This document shows, piece after piece, positions 1-12,940 of a stretch of 64,000 nucleotides of DNA. Location of the stretch: NCBI GenBank assembly GCA_964016885.1, contig OZ024745.1, positions 32,426,001 through 32,490,000 on the forward strand, read 5' to 3'. The number at the start of each line of letters is the position of its first letter. Position 1 is the first letter of the stretch. The notes beneath the pieces are model-generated. The model searched no databases. It had not been told where the DNA came from and was given only the letters and a program-made list of their open reading frames with translations. This DNA is from Eledone cirrhosa (lineage: Eukaryota). The position numbers were made by a program, and so were the translations under genes.

Positions 1-289
1 ATCCACTGCCCATTAGATATAATTAATAATTTTCATAAATCATACCCAAATTATTCATTAATTGATTCAAATACAGTCTATTTTATTAGAACTACGGTCA
101 CAAAAGGGTTAAGATAGATTTTATTCAATCAATTTACACCACCCAACATGATATCCATCACAGAGCAGCTAAATTTTTATTTCTATTCCAAACATAAAAA
201 GAATAGCAGCAATCTCATTATTTTCTTCGGTGAGGGTTCACATTTTTTTATCCTTGCCTACCTAGCTATATATCCACCATCAATTGCAC

Positions 290-760
290 CACAACCAGCA
301 CCACTACACCACCATCACTCATACCACCACCACCACCACCACCATTATCACTCATACCATCACCACCACTACCTCCACCACTACACTACCATCACTTATA
401 CCACCACCACTACCACTATGATCACCACAATCAGTACCTTCACCCCCCCCCATCACCACCAACATCACCACTATCACCACCACCACCACAATCAGTACCC
501 TCCACCACCACCGTCACCACTACCATTACTATAATCACACTATGCCACTCTTCTAGCAGAGAAACAATCTCACATGAGCAATCCCTTAATATTTCTTATC
601 TCTTTGACATAGAAGTATATTTGAAGTGCTTCAGCAACAATAACAACAGCTACTACTACTACCACTACCACCACCACTATTACTACTACTACCACAACCA
701 CAACTACTATTACTACTACTACCACACTACTACTACCACACTACTACCCCCACCACCACC

Positions 761-792
<32 letters not shown>

Positions 793-830
793 CTCAATGC
801 TACTCCCCCCACTACTTCCTCAATGTTACC
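290..830. repeat. Degenerate (CAC)n/(TAC)n trinucleotide repeat region
   Basis: Runs of cac/tac/cat. Explains the His/Tyr/Thr/Pro-rich spurious ORFs. Confidence 0.9.
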
Positions 831-2940
831 ACCAACAATGGTATCAACATTTACAACAGCAACTGTAGTAACAATCGTGATGACCACGATGACAACAGCA
901 ACAATATTTCCTACAATTATAACAGGATGCAGACATGGCTGTGTGATGAAGAAGCTTGCTTCGTACACATGTAGTCCTAGGTTCAATCCCACAGTTTGGA
1001 ACCTTGGACAAATGTCTCCTCCCATTACAGCATGTGACCAATACCTTATGAAATGAATTTAGTAGATGGAAATAGTACAGAAACCCGTTGTGTATATATG
1101 TATAACATCTATCGATCCCATACCAGTAATTGGGGCAGGTTGGTTGTTTTACTAGGAGAGTGAAGGTATGGTTTTGGAGGAGGTGTTTGAATTTAATTTA
1201 TGTTGTGTAGTATGTGTCTGGTTTGTGGGGTCTGTTGCTGGATTATGGTTTGAGTTCATGGATAGCATGGGTTTGGTGTAAATTTGTTTAGGTTCAAGTT
1301 AAGGCAAATGACAGTTTTGGTGTCCTTGCTCCTAGGGCCATCTTCCTACTCACCATCAGCACACAGTTGGCTACCTGCAGGTGTGAGCCTTGTGAGCTGG
1401 AATGGATCTTCCAGTGTGCCACCCTTACCATCCTCCAGAGAAACACCTCTATTCTGCCTACCAGGGCCACAGGGCAGCCTACACATGGGCCTCCATTTTT
1501 TCATAATAATGAGAGATGGGGAAAGCAGGAGAGATGGAGGCAGTGACAGTGGGAGTTTGGTTCTTTTGTGTTCGGACCTGGTGTATATGTTTCATGGACA
1601 CATATGCTCCTGATATAAAGTTATACAAACAAACAAAAAAACACAATATGTGTATGGATGCAGGAATGGCTGAGTGGTTAAAAATTTCATTTTGGGATCA
1701 TAGGGACCTGGGTTTGATCCCACTGCATGATATCTTAGGTATCTTTCAACATAATCATTGAGAGGATTGTCTAACACATGCAGAAACGGAAAAAGATGTG
1801 AAAATGGTAATGATGGTGCTGATGATGATGATTAATTAAATTAATTACCATTGTCTAAAATACTGTTAATTCAAAACAAAATTAGATTTTGACTGTTTGC
1901 TTGCAAGCAAATTGAATATTTTAATTATTCGATATAAAACTCACAAATGCATTTACTGTTAATTCAAATTTTCCTTTTCATATCCATATTAATTGCTAAC
2001 TTTCCTCGTGTTAAAATTCATTTTTGTTTTCAAATACAATTTGCTTCTATTTCCCCATCATATTTACTGATGTCTAAACTAGAACTTTAAACCTCCATAT
2101 GATTACTTGATCTCCTGGATAAAGTAGACAACATTTTCTTCAAAATCACACCCTAACAAAATACACCCTTAAAAAAAAAGCGGTGTATATTGAATAATGT
2201 CAAACAAGATACACTATGTCTAGGAAATAAAAGTTTGGATTGACAGCTGGAATACATTTTACCATAGATCTACTGAATTAGGGGTGACATGTGGCTAACC
2301 TATAACCACAATAACCAGCACCAATACAATGCAACAACTCTTTTTTCAAAAATAACTATAGGACTGTTGATTGTCTATATTGAATCATGAATATAGACTG
2401 AAACACATAACAAATCAAATGAAGAAAATAAAATAAAATAGACAGTATAAAATGTAAAACAAAAAGCGAAATTGTTATGTAAAATAAAGCAATGCTTTTT
2501 TCTTATGTGTGTGTATATATATATATGTGTGTGTGTGTGTGTATGTATATATGTATATTGTCCAAAACCATTTTCCATTGGGATGGCATCTGGAGCTGAA
2601 TATTTTGAATTTTCTAACAGAATAACATGGATAGTATTTTGAGGTTTCCTAAGATATTAAAAGCCGACTTAACTTATCAAAACTTATTAGTGTTTCAGCT
2701 TATTACCTCAGATTATATGTCACTTGAAGTTATTTTCATAAATTTGCAGTCTCTCTCTCTAGAGATAAATATATATAATATATATATATATATATTATAT
2801 ATTTGAGTGCTACTTATCCGATATTGTGCTACAATAAAACTCCGCTTTATTGTGCTACAATAAAACTCACCTCCTACATATATATATATATATTATTCAA
2901 AATATTAATAAATGAAGACGTTCACATAATCAAAATATAT

Positions 2941-3004
2941 GTTTTATTATATATATTTCGGAGGTACTGTGCTGTTTTTTCAGTACGTCCTCATCAGATA
3001 AAAT
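2941..3004 (-). ncRNA. Type-I hammerhead ribozyme motif, family A (intact core)
   Basis: Minus strand reads ttttat-CTGATGA-gga c gtactg aaaaaacagca cagtac c tcc-GAAA-tatata-TA-ataaaa. Both core boxes, stems I and II, and a palindromic minimal stem III are present. Confidence 0.8.
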
Positions 3005-3055
3005 ATATGAATTGATGTATGACATACTTCAACTGTCTTGATGGTTCAATTCAAT

Positions 3056-3119
3056 ATTTTATCTGATGAGGACGTACTGAAAAAACAGCATAGTACCTCC
3101 AAAATATATATAATAAAAC
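3056..3119 (+). ncRNA. Hammerhead motif, family A (core GAAA mutated to AAAA, probably inactive)
   Basis: ttttatCTGATGAggacgtactg...tagtacctccAAAAtatatataataaaa. Confidence 0.55.
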
Positions 3120-4029
3120 ATATATTTTGATTATGTGAACGTTTTCATTTATTAATATTTTGAATAATATTAATTACTCCAGAAAACTTCTTTGTAGAGT
3201 GCTTTTAATCTATTGTAAAACTATATTCATTGAGTAATCAATGAACCATATTAATCTTTGGTCATCTCTCTATCCATCCGTTCGATTTTGATTGTTGACA
3301 TGTTTACACGTGCCGTGGTGGCCTCTCTATCCGCAATCTTTGACACGTTTTTACCACCGTCGTAAAAAAACCCTTCTGGATTATCTCCCTTTCCCTTCTC
3401 CTCCCTTTTGGTTGCCCATATCTCTCTCTCTCACTTTCTCCTGTCTATGTGAGAGGCAGCACGGTTATACCAGCTCTGAGTCGTAGCTGACCACCAGGCT
3501 AAAGTCTCCCAGGTTGGCCACAACTTACTTTCCCTATTTTCCACAGTTACTTTTTTTGCATGTTTCTTTCACCTGTGTCTTCCCACGATGGGATCTGTAC
3601 ACTTTTTTCTTCCATTCCTTTCCTATTTTCACCCTCTCCCTCTCTCCTCATCTTTTCTCCCCCTGTTTTTCCTCCTTTCCCTCTCTTTCCTTTTCTCTCT
3701 CCTTTTTTCTCTCGTTCTCTCTCCTTTTCCACCCGGTCCTTTGATTAATAAAAGGCCTCGGGCGCACCCGAACCACACCGATGTCCTGCAATTCAGCGCC
3801 GAAACATCGGTTCCGGATACATTTACAGCTGACGATGGAAACCCCTTTCTTCCTTTCTCCTCCTGTTCCGTCCTAACCACCACCCTAAACCTTGTTTTAG
3901 TAACCACACAGCTCCTTTCATTTCATAACTTTTTATATATCACCTTCATCACCTTGACCGACCAGTCTGTCGGGCGCCAATCGGCGCCGCTGGTCACAGC
4001 ACATCATGCTGTTTTAGCCATAAGATAAC

Positions 4030-4200
4030 GCCATCCCACTGGCTGGGTGTGCAGGCCGGTACTCATTTCTACAGCTGAGTAAACTGGAGCAATGTGAAAT
4101 AAAGTGTCTTGCTCAAGGAAACAACACATCACCCGGTCCGAGAATTGAACTCACAACCTTTCGATTGCAAGCCCATGCTTTAACTATTAACCCATGCGCC
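4030..4200 (-). mobile_element. tRNA-derived SINE, family 2 (other copies about 6110-6330 +, 19450-19520 +, 39745-39840 +, 44620-44860 +)
   Basis: Box-B-like gagttcaattc followed by the shared body ttgtttccttgagcaagacactttatttcacattgctccagtttactcagctgtagaaatgagt, seen in several dispersed copies. Confidence 0.75.
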
Positions 4201-4217
4201 TTCACTATATATATAAA

Positions 4218-4320
4218 AAGTATGACCCCGTCGACAGAGCACAAGTTGTTTCGACGGCTATTTCTGGACTCCAGAAATAGCCGTCGAAACAGCTTGAGCT
4301 CTGCCGTCGGAGTCATACTT
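4218..4320. repeat. Near-perfect hairpin, about 50-bp arms
   Basis: gtatgacccc...tttcgacggctatttctgga c tccagaaatagccgtcgaaa...ggagtcatac. Confidence 0.85.
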
Positions 4321-4849
4321 CTTCCTATTTCCCACTCTACTACCCTTAGTATTGAGTACTCTGGTGCGTTATGGTCCATCTGGTTCTTTACCACAATTCC
4401 TTTGTTATATATATATAGAGAGAGAGAGAGACACTCATATTTATATTTACACACACATATATATGCCCTTGCCCTCAGCAAATAAATGCCCCAACCCACC
4501 CACCTCATCTATGTCCAACATGCATACTCCCTCCCCTCCTCACCATACACACTCATATAGTACCCCTCTAATCAAGCTCAACCCCCTACATACAAGCAGA
4601 GCAAACAGTACATGCTCCAAATCTACTCCTCCCTCCCATAATGCTGCTACCATGACAAAAAGTACTTTGTCTGCCCTTCCTACGTCTTAACACTCCACTC
4701 ATCACCAGCTATTTATCCCACCTTAGACCTTCCTCTCCAATCCCCTTCCTGCATACATACACCCCTCTCACCCAACCTTCCACATCTGATACACCTCTCC
4801 TGTCCAATCCATGTATATAAGCATGCTCCCCCGCAATGCTGCTGAGATG

Positions 4850-5250
4850 GCTAAAAGTTCCCAGCCCAACCTGTAAGGTAGTCATACTGGTGACACGACA
4901 AAATCTCTTAGTCCACCATGCTGATGAAAGAGCACCCAGCCCATCATGTAAGGTGATCTAGTTGGTTACTCAACAGAAAGTACCCAGTCCACCATTCAAA
5001 GTGGTGGTGCTGGTGACATGCAAAAAGCACCCAGTCCAACATGCCAGTTGGTCATTTTAGTGCCACAATAAAAAGCATCCAGTCCACATTGTAAATGTGG
5101 TTGGCATTAAGAAGGGCATCCAGTCATAGAAACCAAACCAGAAACAGTTCTCTGTGAGCAAGACAGTTTGATCTGACTTGTCTCACAATGGGACAACTCA
5201 TTTAACCCACGCTAGCATGGAAAAATATATATTAAACAATGATGATGATG
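4850..5250 (+). mobile_element. Dispersed retroposon-like repeat with an (ATG)n tail (other copies about 11210-11400 -, 14495-14750 -, 18816-18930 -, 19560-19715 +, 19726-20060 -, 44220-44590 +)
   Basis: Shared aggaagggcatccagctgtagaaa and cccacgctagcatggaaaa...gacgtaaaatgatgatgat motifs, with internal ~40-bp subrepeats. Confidence 0.75.
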
Positions 5251-5253
5251 ATA

Positions 5254-5284
<31 letters not shown>

Positions 5285-5298
5285 CTTTCTCTTTACAG

Positions 5299-5362
5299 AC
5301 AAGAAATGATGGAATGGGTACGAATATTGGAGAAGACATTAAGTTCTTTGGGCTTAATCCAG
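5299..5362 (+). CDS. Internal coding exon A of a PH/Pro-rich/tandem-PDZ adaptor gene (probable PH-domain C-terminal helix)
   Basis: Acceptor ctttctctttacag|A and donor CAG|gtgaga. Encodes QEMMEWVRILEKTLSSLGLIQ, matching the E-x-x-x-W-V-x-x-L PH terminal helix pattern. Ends in phase 0, compatible with the exon at 8883. Confidence 0.75.
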
Positions 5363-5369
5363 GTGAGAC

Positions 5370-5426
<57 letters not shown>

Positions 5427-6374
5427 ATTTATTGTTATTAGTTGTTATGCAATTATTTTATGTGTGTGAGTGTGTACATATTTCCGTATATATATATATA
5501 TATACTTACATACACACATACATATATGAATAAATGTATGTATGTATGTATGTGTATGTATATTTTTATGTATTATTAGACATATCCATACACATGCACA
5601 CAGAGATATAGGCAGACATGCAAATACTAATGTTAACATGTACACTTCTGCATATACAGGCAAAAACCTTCTCCAGAGGACTCCAAAAGTAAAGGTGTGT
5701 TCATTCAACTGAAAACGAATGTAGATGTAAATATTATAGTAAACAGTCCGTAGGTCAAACCAGAAATAATATTATTGGAACTGTAATTTGTTAAGTCAAG
5801 CAGATTATACAATTACTGTATAAGTATTAGAGGAGGATGAGGGGACGGGGTGGGTGGGGGTTTAAATGGACAGAAATGTACAATTCAGAATATAATCCTC
5901 TATATGAAACAATCAAAGTTATCTTATGGCTGGTGCTGCTGTAGAATATAGTTTATGCTATTGTGGTTATTTCTTGGTCTAGGCTGATTGGTTCATTCCA
6001 GTAAGCATTTGTTATTTTACTTGTGGATGTTGCTGTTGTTGTTGTTCCTTAGCTGCAAGTCCAATTTAAAAATCTTTATATATTATAAATATTATATGTT
6101 ATGTTAGGTAGAGGTGCATGGCTTAGTCATGTGTTGCAATCATAATGACATGGGTTTGATTCCTAGACTGGGTTGTGTATTGTGTTCTTGAGCAAAACAT
6201 TTCATTTCACATTGTTCTAATGTACTCAGCTGCAAATGTGTACCAGTAATAGCTGGTGGTGTAGCCCTGGAATGGACTGGTATCCTGTCCAGGGGACAGT
6301 CTTGTACTTTCAGTTGCTTCATGCATGGGCAGACTTTAGATGTTATGTTGCAAAAATAAACTATCAATCTATTT

Positions 6375-6570
6375 CTGTTGTTGTTTAGTACCATCCTAGC
6401 CCCAGATCACAACCCTCATACAGGGTCATAATTCTTGTCAAAATCACCTCTACACCTCTTAGGAATGTCTTGGACTACACTATTCAATGTATCTTCTTAT
6501 GCAGGAAATTTAGCTCCTATTTTTAGCAGATGACGTGGCCATATAGAAGGGTTCTTAATTGGCTCATTTT
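6375..6570 (+). repeat. Degenerate dispersed repeat family (related pieces about 2090-2310 -, 24240-24440 +, 32095-32240 +, 43650-43980, 44870-44945 -)
   Basis: Recurring gttgttgtt..tagccccaggtcagccctgatcaagcagacctat and gtgtgatttgaggggaatttggctgctatt-like motifs. Confidence 0.5.
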
Positions 6571-6625
6571 ACACATTTACTAGTTTCAGGACCAAGCTGA
6601 AGCACTTTTAATTTCTCTCTCTCAA

Positions 6626-6673
<48 letters not shown>

Positions 6674-7469
6674 GCATATTAAAGTCATTGCAGAATTTCT
6701 TTTTCTGCTGCTGACAATATTTTTATTTTGTAGTTCCCCAGCCATGATTTTCTTCAATACACCCTCCAATGCATGCAAGAGTGCATTCTTGATTCTATAT
6801 TCCATTTTCTTGGCACATTGCCAGATGAGTGAATTTGGGTCAAAGCTCTGCATTCTGTTACCCAACATGAATGAAATTCAAATAGGCAAGTAGTCAGTAC
6901 TATGAAAATAAAGTGTTTTAGTTGGTTGATCAGTGAATATATTTGAAGGAAAGGACGAGAGAAAGGAAGAGAGAGTGAAAGAGAGAAAGTGAGAGAGAGA
7001 AATATTTATCTAGATCAACATATTGGAACAACCATAATAAATAATTTCGGTATTTTCATGACATATTTAATAAAAGATATTATTAATTTCAATAAATTCA
7101 TATTGATTAAGCAGTTCTCTGTGGATATTGATGTTTTCAACATGGAGTTGGTCTACAGAAAATTTAAGGATTCATAAGAATATTTGAAGAAAAGAGAGAA
7201 GAGAAAGAAAACAAAATTGATAGGAAATTCTAGAAGAAATGGAACAGACTGAGGAAAAAATTAAATTAAACCAATTGTGTTATTAATCTATTCACTGATC
7301 TTCTATTTTATTTTTTCATATTTCTCCAAGTTAAATATGGATATGTATAATTTGTATATTTAGGGAATTAAATATGCCGACCGGAGATGTGCTTTCGGCA
7401 TACCACGTGTTTAAAATTGAAGTCCTTGTAGAATTTCTTTTATTATTATATTTTCACTAGAAAACATAA

Positions 7470-8030
7470 GCAGATGTTCAAAACTACTAAAAGTTTTCCC
7501 CTGGGAAAGAATGCATCATCCAACACAGATTAGTGACTTTAGAGTATGAGTTAGACACACACAAACAAACTGGAGAAGAAGGATATGGAGCTTAAAGAGC
7601 TTTCAGATAGCCAGTGGTTTAGAGGTATACTAAAGGAAGCACTCGACAAAGAGGATGGGCAGTTAGAAACATAAAACATAGAGGATAGGGTCATAAAAAC
7701 TAAGGAAAAAGCTTGGAAAGTCTGAAGGGTAGGGGTAGCAGGGAACAATAGCAAGTAGCTAGAAGAGAGGCTAGGCATCAAGTTTATTTAGCAAGAGGAG
7801 AGGAAGAAAGTAAGAAGTTTGCCAATATTCTGTGGCATGAAGATCAGAGATGTGAAGTGTTCTGGATTGCAAAACAGTGTACAAGAGTGAACCAGGATGT
7901 TATGGGAGGGACATATATATGAAACAACAGTGGCTCACTTACCTTTATGACGCCAAAAGTAAGGAAGTATGGAAGTGTTACTATGAGAGGTTGCTGAATA
8001 TTGGATAGTAAAGTTGATGGAATAATGATT
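7470..8030 (+). mobile_element. Decayed RTE-like LINE fragment (region between endonuclease and RT)
   Basis: Purine-rich interrupted frames such as YLARGEEESKKFANIL..EDQRCEVFWIAKQC..NQDVMG, resembling RTE ORF linker sequence. Confidence 0.55.
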
Positions 8031-8516
8031 TCTACTATAGACACAAGGCCAGTAATTTTTGCAGGAGGGGAAAATTGATTAAACCGACCCCCAGTTCTTT
8101 CCAGGGACTATGTTGAAAAATATACCCCATTTTGTCATTCTATGAGAGTATCTTGGTCAGCCTATGAACTTTGTAGCTGACCCTTGTACTCTATATCATC
8201 TTGTTTAATATTTTACAATTATGGCCCCAAATCACAATGAAGTTGGCTTTAATTAATCACTGAAAGATGAATGGTAAACAAGTACTGGTAATTTATCACA
8301 GTTGCAGAGCTTCCGTTACAGTTTGGGGGTTGGAGGGTCTTAAGTATATATACTGTACATCTGTATTATTATTAGCTCACACTTTTTATCACCAATATGA
8401 GACTAAAAAAAGAAATTAAAAACATGATCATACTAACATATTTAGAGTCAATAGAAAATCAGTGTAGTAAAAACCAAAGCACAAGTATATTGAAACAAAT
8501 TATTGGCAGGGCTTAA

Positions 8517-8736
8517 CCCTTTAGCATTCACATTACTCTATATATAATATTATATTTTCATGGTAAAGGCTTTACCTCGCATAATTATCTCACATAATAT
8601 CGAATCTATGAGATTTTGAAAGTATTTATTTTGAGAACAATACCTTAACATCAGTTTGAGCGACTAGTTACAGCCAGTTTCAACAGAAAGAGGTAGAGAA
8701 TTCTGGCCGGTTTTGGCCGGTTTGAACATTAAAGGG
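8517..8736. mobile_element. piggyBac-type MITE (220 bp) with TTAA target-site duplication
   Basis: TTAA|ccctttagcattca ... tgaacattaaaggg|TTAA. It interrupts a repeat whose uninterrupted copy (gggcttaaaccccaaaagccccttagc) lies at about 57985-58015 on the minus strand. Confidence 0.8.
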
Positions 8737-8882
8737 TTAAACCCCAAAAGCCCCTTAGCACCGGAAAGCTTGAGTTGATACAATAAAAATCCATCACTAA
8801 AATGGTAATTATATGTAGTAACATTTTCCTACTCACATAAAAGTTATTGTAATTCTGAATAGTGATTTAATTCTATTTTCAG

Positions 8883-10777
8883 ACTGATTCTAAAGAGCAT
8901 ATTTATGTCCTGGATCCCTTACCACCATCTTCTATGCGTAACAAGGAAGAGACAACCCCTTCCTCTGTTTCTTCCAGCAGATACAGTTCTTCTTCTTCAT
9001 CTTCTCTGGAACTAAACTTTCCTGAACACCAGCCACCACCTCCACCTCGCTCTATTGAATTAATCATGGAGTCATTACCTGCAACCCCACCACGAATCTC
9101 TCCACCTCTAATATCAACAGTACTAACCCCTCCTCCTCCTCCCCCCCCACTACTACCACCTACAGGTGCCCCTCCACCACTGCCACTTACTACGCCTCCA
9201 CCACTGACGACACCTCCACCTCTGCCACTAGCTACATCACCATCACCATCATCATCATCACCACAGAGTCTATCAGCAGCTGCAGCAGCAGCAGTAGTAA
9301 CAACAAAGTTAGCCCCAGGACACCATTTAGATACTAGTATTTCAACAGAGTCTCCACCTATTCCGTTACGTGAAAACAAACGCAACTTCACAAACAGAAA
9401 CATCACACACCGGTTCTCCTTTTCTGATTTTGTTACAGTTCAAAATAACATTCCTACTATGTCTCATTCAGTGGCACTACATCCTGAAGTAAACAGAAGA
9501 TCTCTTTGGGTTAAATCTGAAGTCTATCACAACACACCCCCATCATATCATTCTGTGGTATCCCAACAGAATTCAGAATCCAATGAAATGATATATGAGA
9601 GTGACAGAGACAATAACTTTCAATGCAGGGAACAAAATGAGAAAACATTTGTTGGATCAAGAGAGAGTATTGAGAGTGAGAATTCTTGGGAAGGAGACAG
9701 CATATATGGCTATACTTGTGATGGACGTACTTTGATCCCCAATTCCAAAACTGATCTTGTTTATTCCTACCCAGGTAATTTCAAAGTTTGTGATTTTCAG
9801 AAGTATGTCATTCATAGATCTCAAGAATTAACCACTTCTGATGATAATACTTCATTTCATGAAAAGAAATATTTCAAAGACAGCGTTAATGAAGAAACCA
9901 ATGCAAATTCTTCTGTATTAGCACCCTCTTCAATAAGTTTTTTCTCTGACTCTTCACCTTTTAAATGTGCTAGTTCTCCTACTTCACCAGAAACGAAAAA
10001 ATATCAGAAACTTTCTTCCAAGGAAATGAAAGAAATTGATTCACTGCCATGGTTTCCTGGGTTTGGTGTCAAATCAAACCGAAGGAATTGTTCATCAACT
10101 GTAGTAAGCCATGACTTTCAATTAGAGAATGCTGAGCTAAATGCTACAAACATTATAAACAATAATGTGACTTGCACTTCATGTAAACATAGAAATTGTC
10201 TTTCTACTGGTTATTTCTTAAAGAATAGTAATAATTCAGCTTCAACAGCAGAGCAAATACTCAATAATAGTGAATTTCTTTCAGAAAATTTCGATCACAT
10301 GAGCTTAACTGCAAATGATCAAAATTTTAGATATTCAAACAGCTACGTTAGTTCAGATAATGACTTCCAGATACAGAATAGTCAACAATTAGCACCTGTA
10401 GCTTTACCTCCCCAGCCTCATATTCCAGCTAAACCACCACCTACAAATATTCTCCCCGAACAAGAAGAACATGTAGATGAAACACCTCCATTACCTCCTC
10501 CTCGAATACCCAGGCGTAGCGATATCTTTCCCCCACAGAGACCTCCCCGTCCTAACAGCTTTGTTCCAAAGTCCAGGGAGCAGCAAACTGAGAATGATTT
10601 CGAATCTACATCTTCTAATGAAAGTTTAGATAATGGTCCAAATTTTGTAACAAATTTGGCTATGAGTCAAGTGTTACAGCTCAAGGAAGAGCTTAAAAAA
10701 ACAAATGGCTTAACAATTTCTGTGTCCCGGACAGATATATATAACATTGCTTTTGTGGAATATGCTAAAAAAATTTG
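8883..10777 (+). CDS. Large coding exon B (1895 bp): Pro/Ser-rich disordered region plus start of the conserved C-terminal module
   Basis: Acceptor ctattttcag|ACT, in frame with the 615-aa ORF 8934-10781. Donor TG|gtaagt splits a Trp codon (phase 2). Long open frame in AT-rich DNA with PxxP motifs. Confidence 0.9.
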
Positions 10778-10904
10778 GTAAGTTCTCATTTTTTATTATC
10801 TTTCTTGCTACATTTTAAATTTCTTTTATAATTTCTTTATAAAGTAATTAAAACAACTAAAATCAATTCCTGTATACTATCATTGGTATTTTGTTTTTTT
10901 TCAG

Positions 10905-11145
10905 GGTTGCTGGTTGGAATCAAAGAGAATGCCCTAATCTTTACCATATCTTACATGTTGGAGATGAACTTCTCTGCTTGAACAAAGTCACTGTTGATTC
11001 TATATCTTGGTTAAAATCTCTTATAAAAAAATCAAATCAGTTTGATTTAGAAATAAAAAGAATACCGAAGGGACAATTATATATACTTAAAAAAGAAGTG
11101 GAAGGTCAGTCCGTTGGGATACAAAATGATTCCAAAACTGGAGAA
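10905..11145 (+). CDS. Coding exon C: PDZ-like domain 1 and start of PDZ-like domain 2
   Basis: 127-bp intron, then ttttttttcag|G completing TGG. Encodes VAGWNQRECPNLYHILHVGDELLCLNKVTV...GQSVGIQNDSKTGE. Donor GAA|gtgagt. LHVGDELLCLN resembles the PDZ L-x-x-G-D-x-I-L-x-I-N motif. Confidence 0.9.
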
Positions 11146-12736
11146 GTGAGTAATAAGTAACTGTTTGTCTTCCTTGTTATTTTTTATTTATCTATTTATT
11201 TAATCATCATCATCATCGTTATCAACAGCGTGTAATGTCTATTTTGCATGGGTTAGATGGGTTGTCCACATAATGAGATAAGCCCGGCCAGTTGGCCACA
11301 CCATACCTTGCTCAAACAGAACTGTATTTTGGGTGGGGAATTTTACAGCTGGATGCCCTTCCTAACACCAACCACGCTTACAGTATGGAACTGGGTGTTC
11401 CCAATTGGCGATGCCATAACTTGCTCATAGCAGAACCATATATAATTATTTATTTATAGTAATGTTAGTTTTATTAAATAATATCTCATACTGCATTAGC
11501 TTCAAAGAGATTAAATTAAAGTAATTTCCGTAGACCATTTCTAGGTTTATGGCAGCTATTTATAACAAGTATAGATTATGAATTGTTAGTGCAGTGCAAA
11601 TGATAGTCTATGGAAGTATTCATATGATAGACAGTCTTTATTAACTAAGAGAGTTTATTTGATATTGATAAATTTGATTGGTGTGAGAAGAAATAGCTGC
11701 CATTTTCAACTACAACCCTTTCAGCATTAGTCTTTTCTCCTCTTCCTTATGAATAAACTTACCAAAATGCAACAAACTCTCCTGGATTTATTATTACCAT
11801 TGTTGCTGATGCCAACCCTTGTTGGTCCCTTTGCATTCCACATTTTACTTTTATCTTTATTAATTAGCCAAACTATGATTTATCAAGTTTTTTTTTTTAA
11901 TGAGTCTTGAAATATATTTTTTTCCTCTTATGAACCAGGTTTATCTGTCAAAATACCAGTTAGAAAGATTCAAAACTTGTGTATGTAATCTCTCAGATTA
12001 CTAATGGTAGTTGAAAATCACAGTTTAAAAACAATAAATATACTTGATGTAAGGGTTTTGCTGTAAAGTTTATAGCCTGTTAACTTCACTTTATACATCA
12101 GATAAAGAAATGAAGTCTGCACGAATTAAGCTTTGCTTCTACTGCTATTAAGTTAGTCTAAAGAAGGTGATTCACAAAGTTTATCAGAAAAACTGAATAG
12201 CTTACTAAATATGAATTTATTTTTAATTTCATTACACAATAATATAAAACTCACTGAGGACCACCACAACTTTGATATAGACAACTGGGGGTTCATTTAG
12301 ATCACATTATGCATCACTGATCTAAAGGTCAGGATTTAAATCCAGCTTATAATTTTGTGCAAGCTCTACTGATGAAACCCTGTCCTTACTCTGGTCTGCG
12401 AGAAAAGGAAATATTTGCCAAGGTATAAGGCTAGATTCTAAGTATGTTTGGTTGAATCTACCCCAAAAAAAAGAAAGAAAAAAGTCAATCTTAGCAAATA
12501 AAGTAGACAGCCTGGCTGCATGCTTTATTTATGAAACTTGATTAGTATTTAAGGTTAATAGATTTATATTTTGACACCATATCCTCTGTAAGTATTCTTT
12601 CATTTCAGATTGCAGTTATTATCTGTCTTCAAGTGTTTGTTTCGATATTATTTATTTATCTTCTTTTATTTGTCTTTCTTTAAACAATCTTTCTCTCTTG
12701 GTAAATTCATTTCGATATATTTATCAAATAATAGTT

Positions 12737-12940
12737 TCTGATTTAGGCACAAAGCCAACAATTTTGGGGAAAGGGTAAGTTGATTAAATCAACCCCAGTT
12801 CATTACTGGTACTTTATTTTATCGACCCCATAAGGATGAAACGCAAAGCTAACACCTCAGCAGGATTTGAACTCAGAACTGAAATAAATACAGCTATGTA
12901 TTTGTCCAACGTTCTAATGTTTCTGCCAATCCACTAGCTT
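12737..12940 (-). mobile_element. tRNA-derived SINE, family 1
   Basis: Reverse complement of the consensus ...ctgagttcaaatcc..gaggttaactttgcctttcatccttacggggtcgataaaataaagtaccagtaatg... Confidence 0.8.

Larger units (their letters stand above)
2890..3170. repeat. Inverted repeat (about 120-bp arms) carrying two divergently oriented family-A hammerhead motifs
   Basis: 2890-3014 is the near-exact reverse complement of 3047-3170. Confidence 0.9.

Noticed and set aside
148-1056. His/Tyr/Pro-rich ORFs
   Set aside because: Products of CAC/TAC trinucleotide repeats, with no splice or domain support.
2550-2640. Possible upstream PH-domain exon (PKPFSIGMASGAEYFEF)
   Set aside because: No convincing acceptor/donor pair giving the required phase 2.
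3770-3845. HHR-like words ccgaaacatcggtt and ctgacgatggaaac
   Set aside because: The boxes are in the wrong order or leave no room for stem II.
7364-7414. Possible extra exon after tttag|GGAATT
   Set aside because: The phase-0 frame reaches TAA with no good donor, and exons A and B already join in frame.
8903-9406. Gly-rich 167-aa minus-strand ORF
   Set aside because: Antisense shadow of the proline-rich exon.
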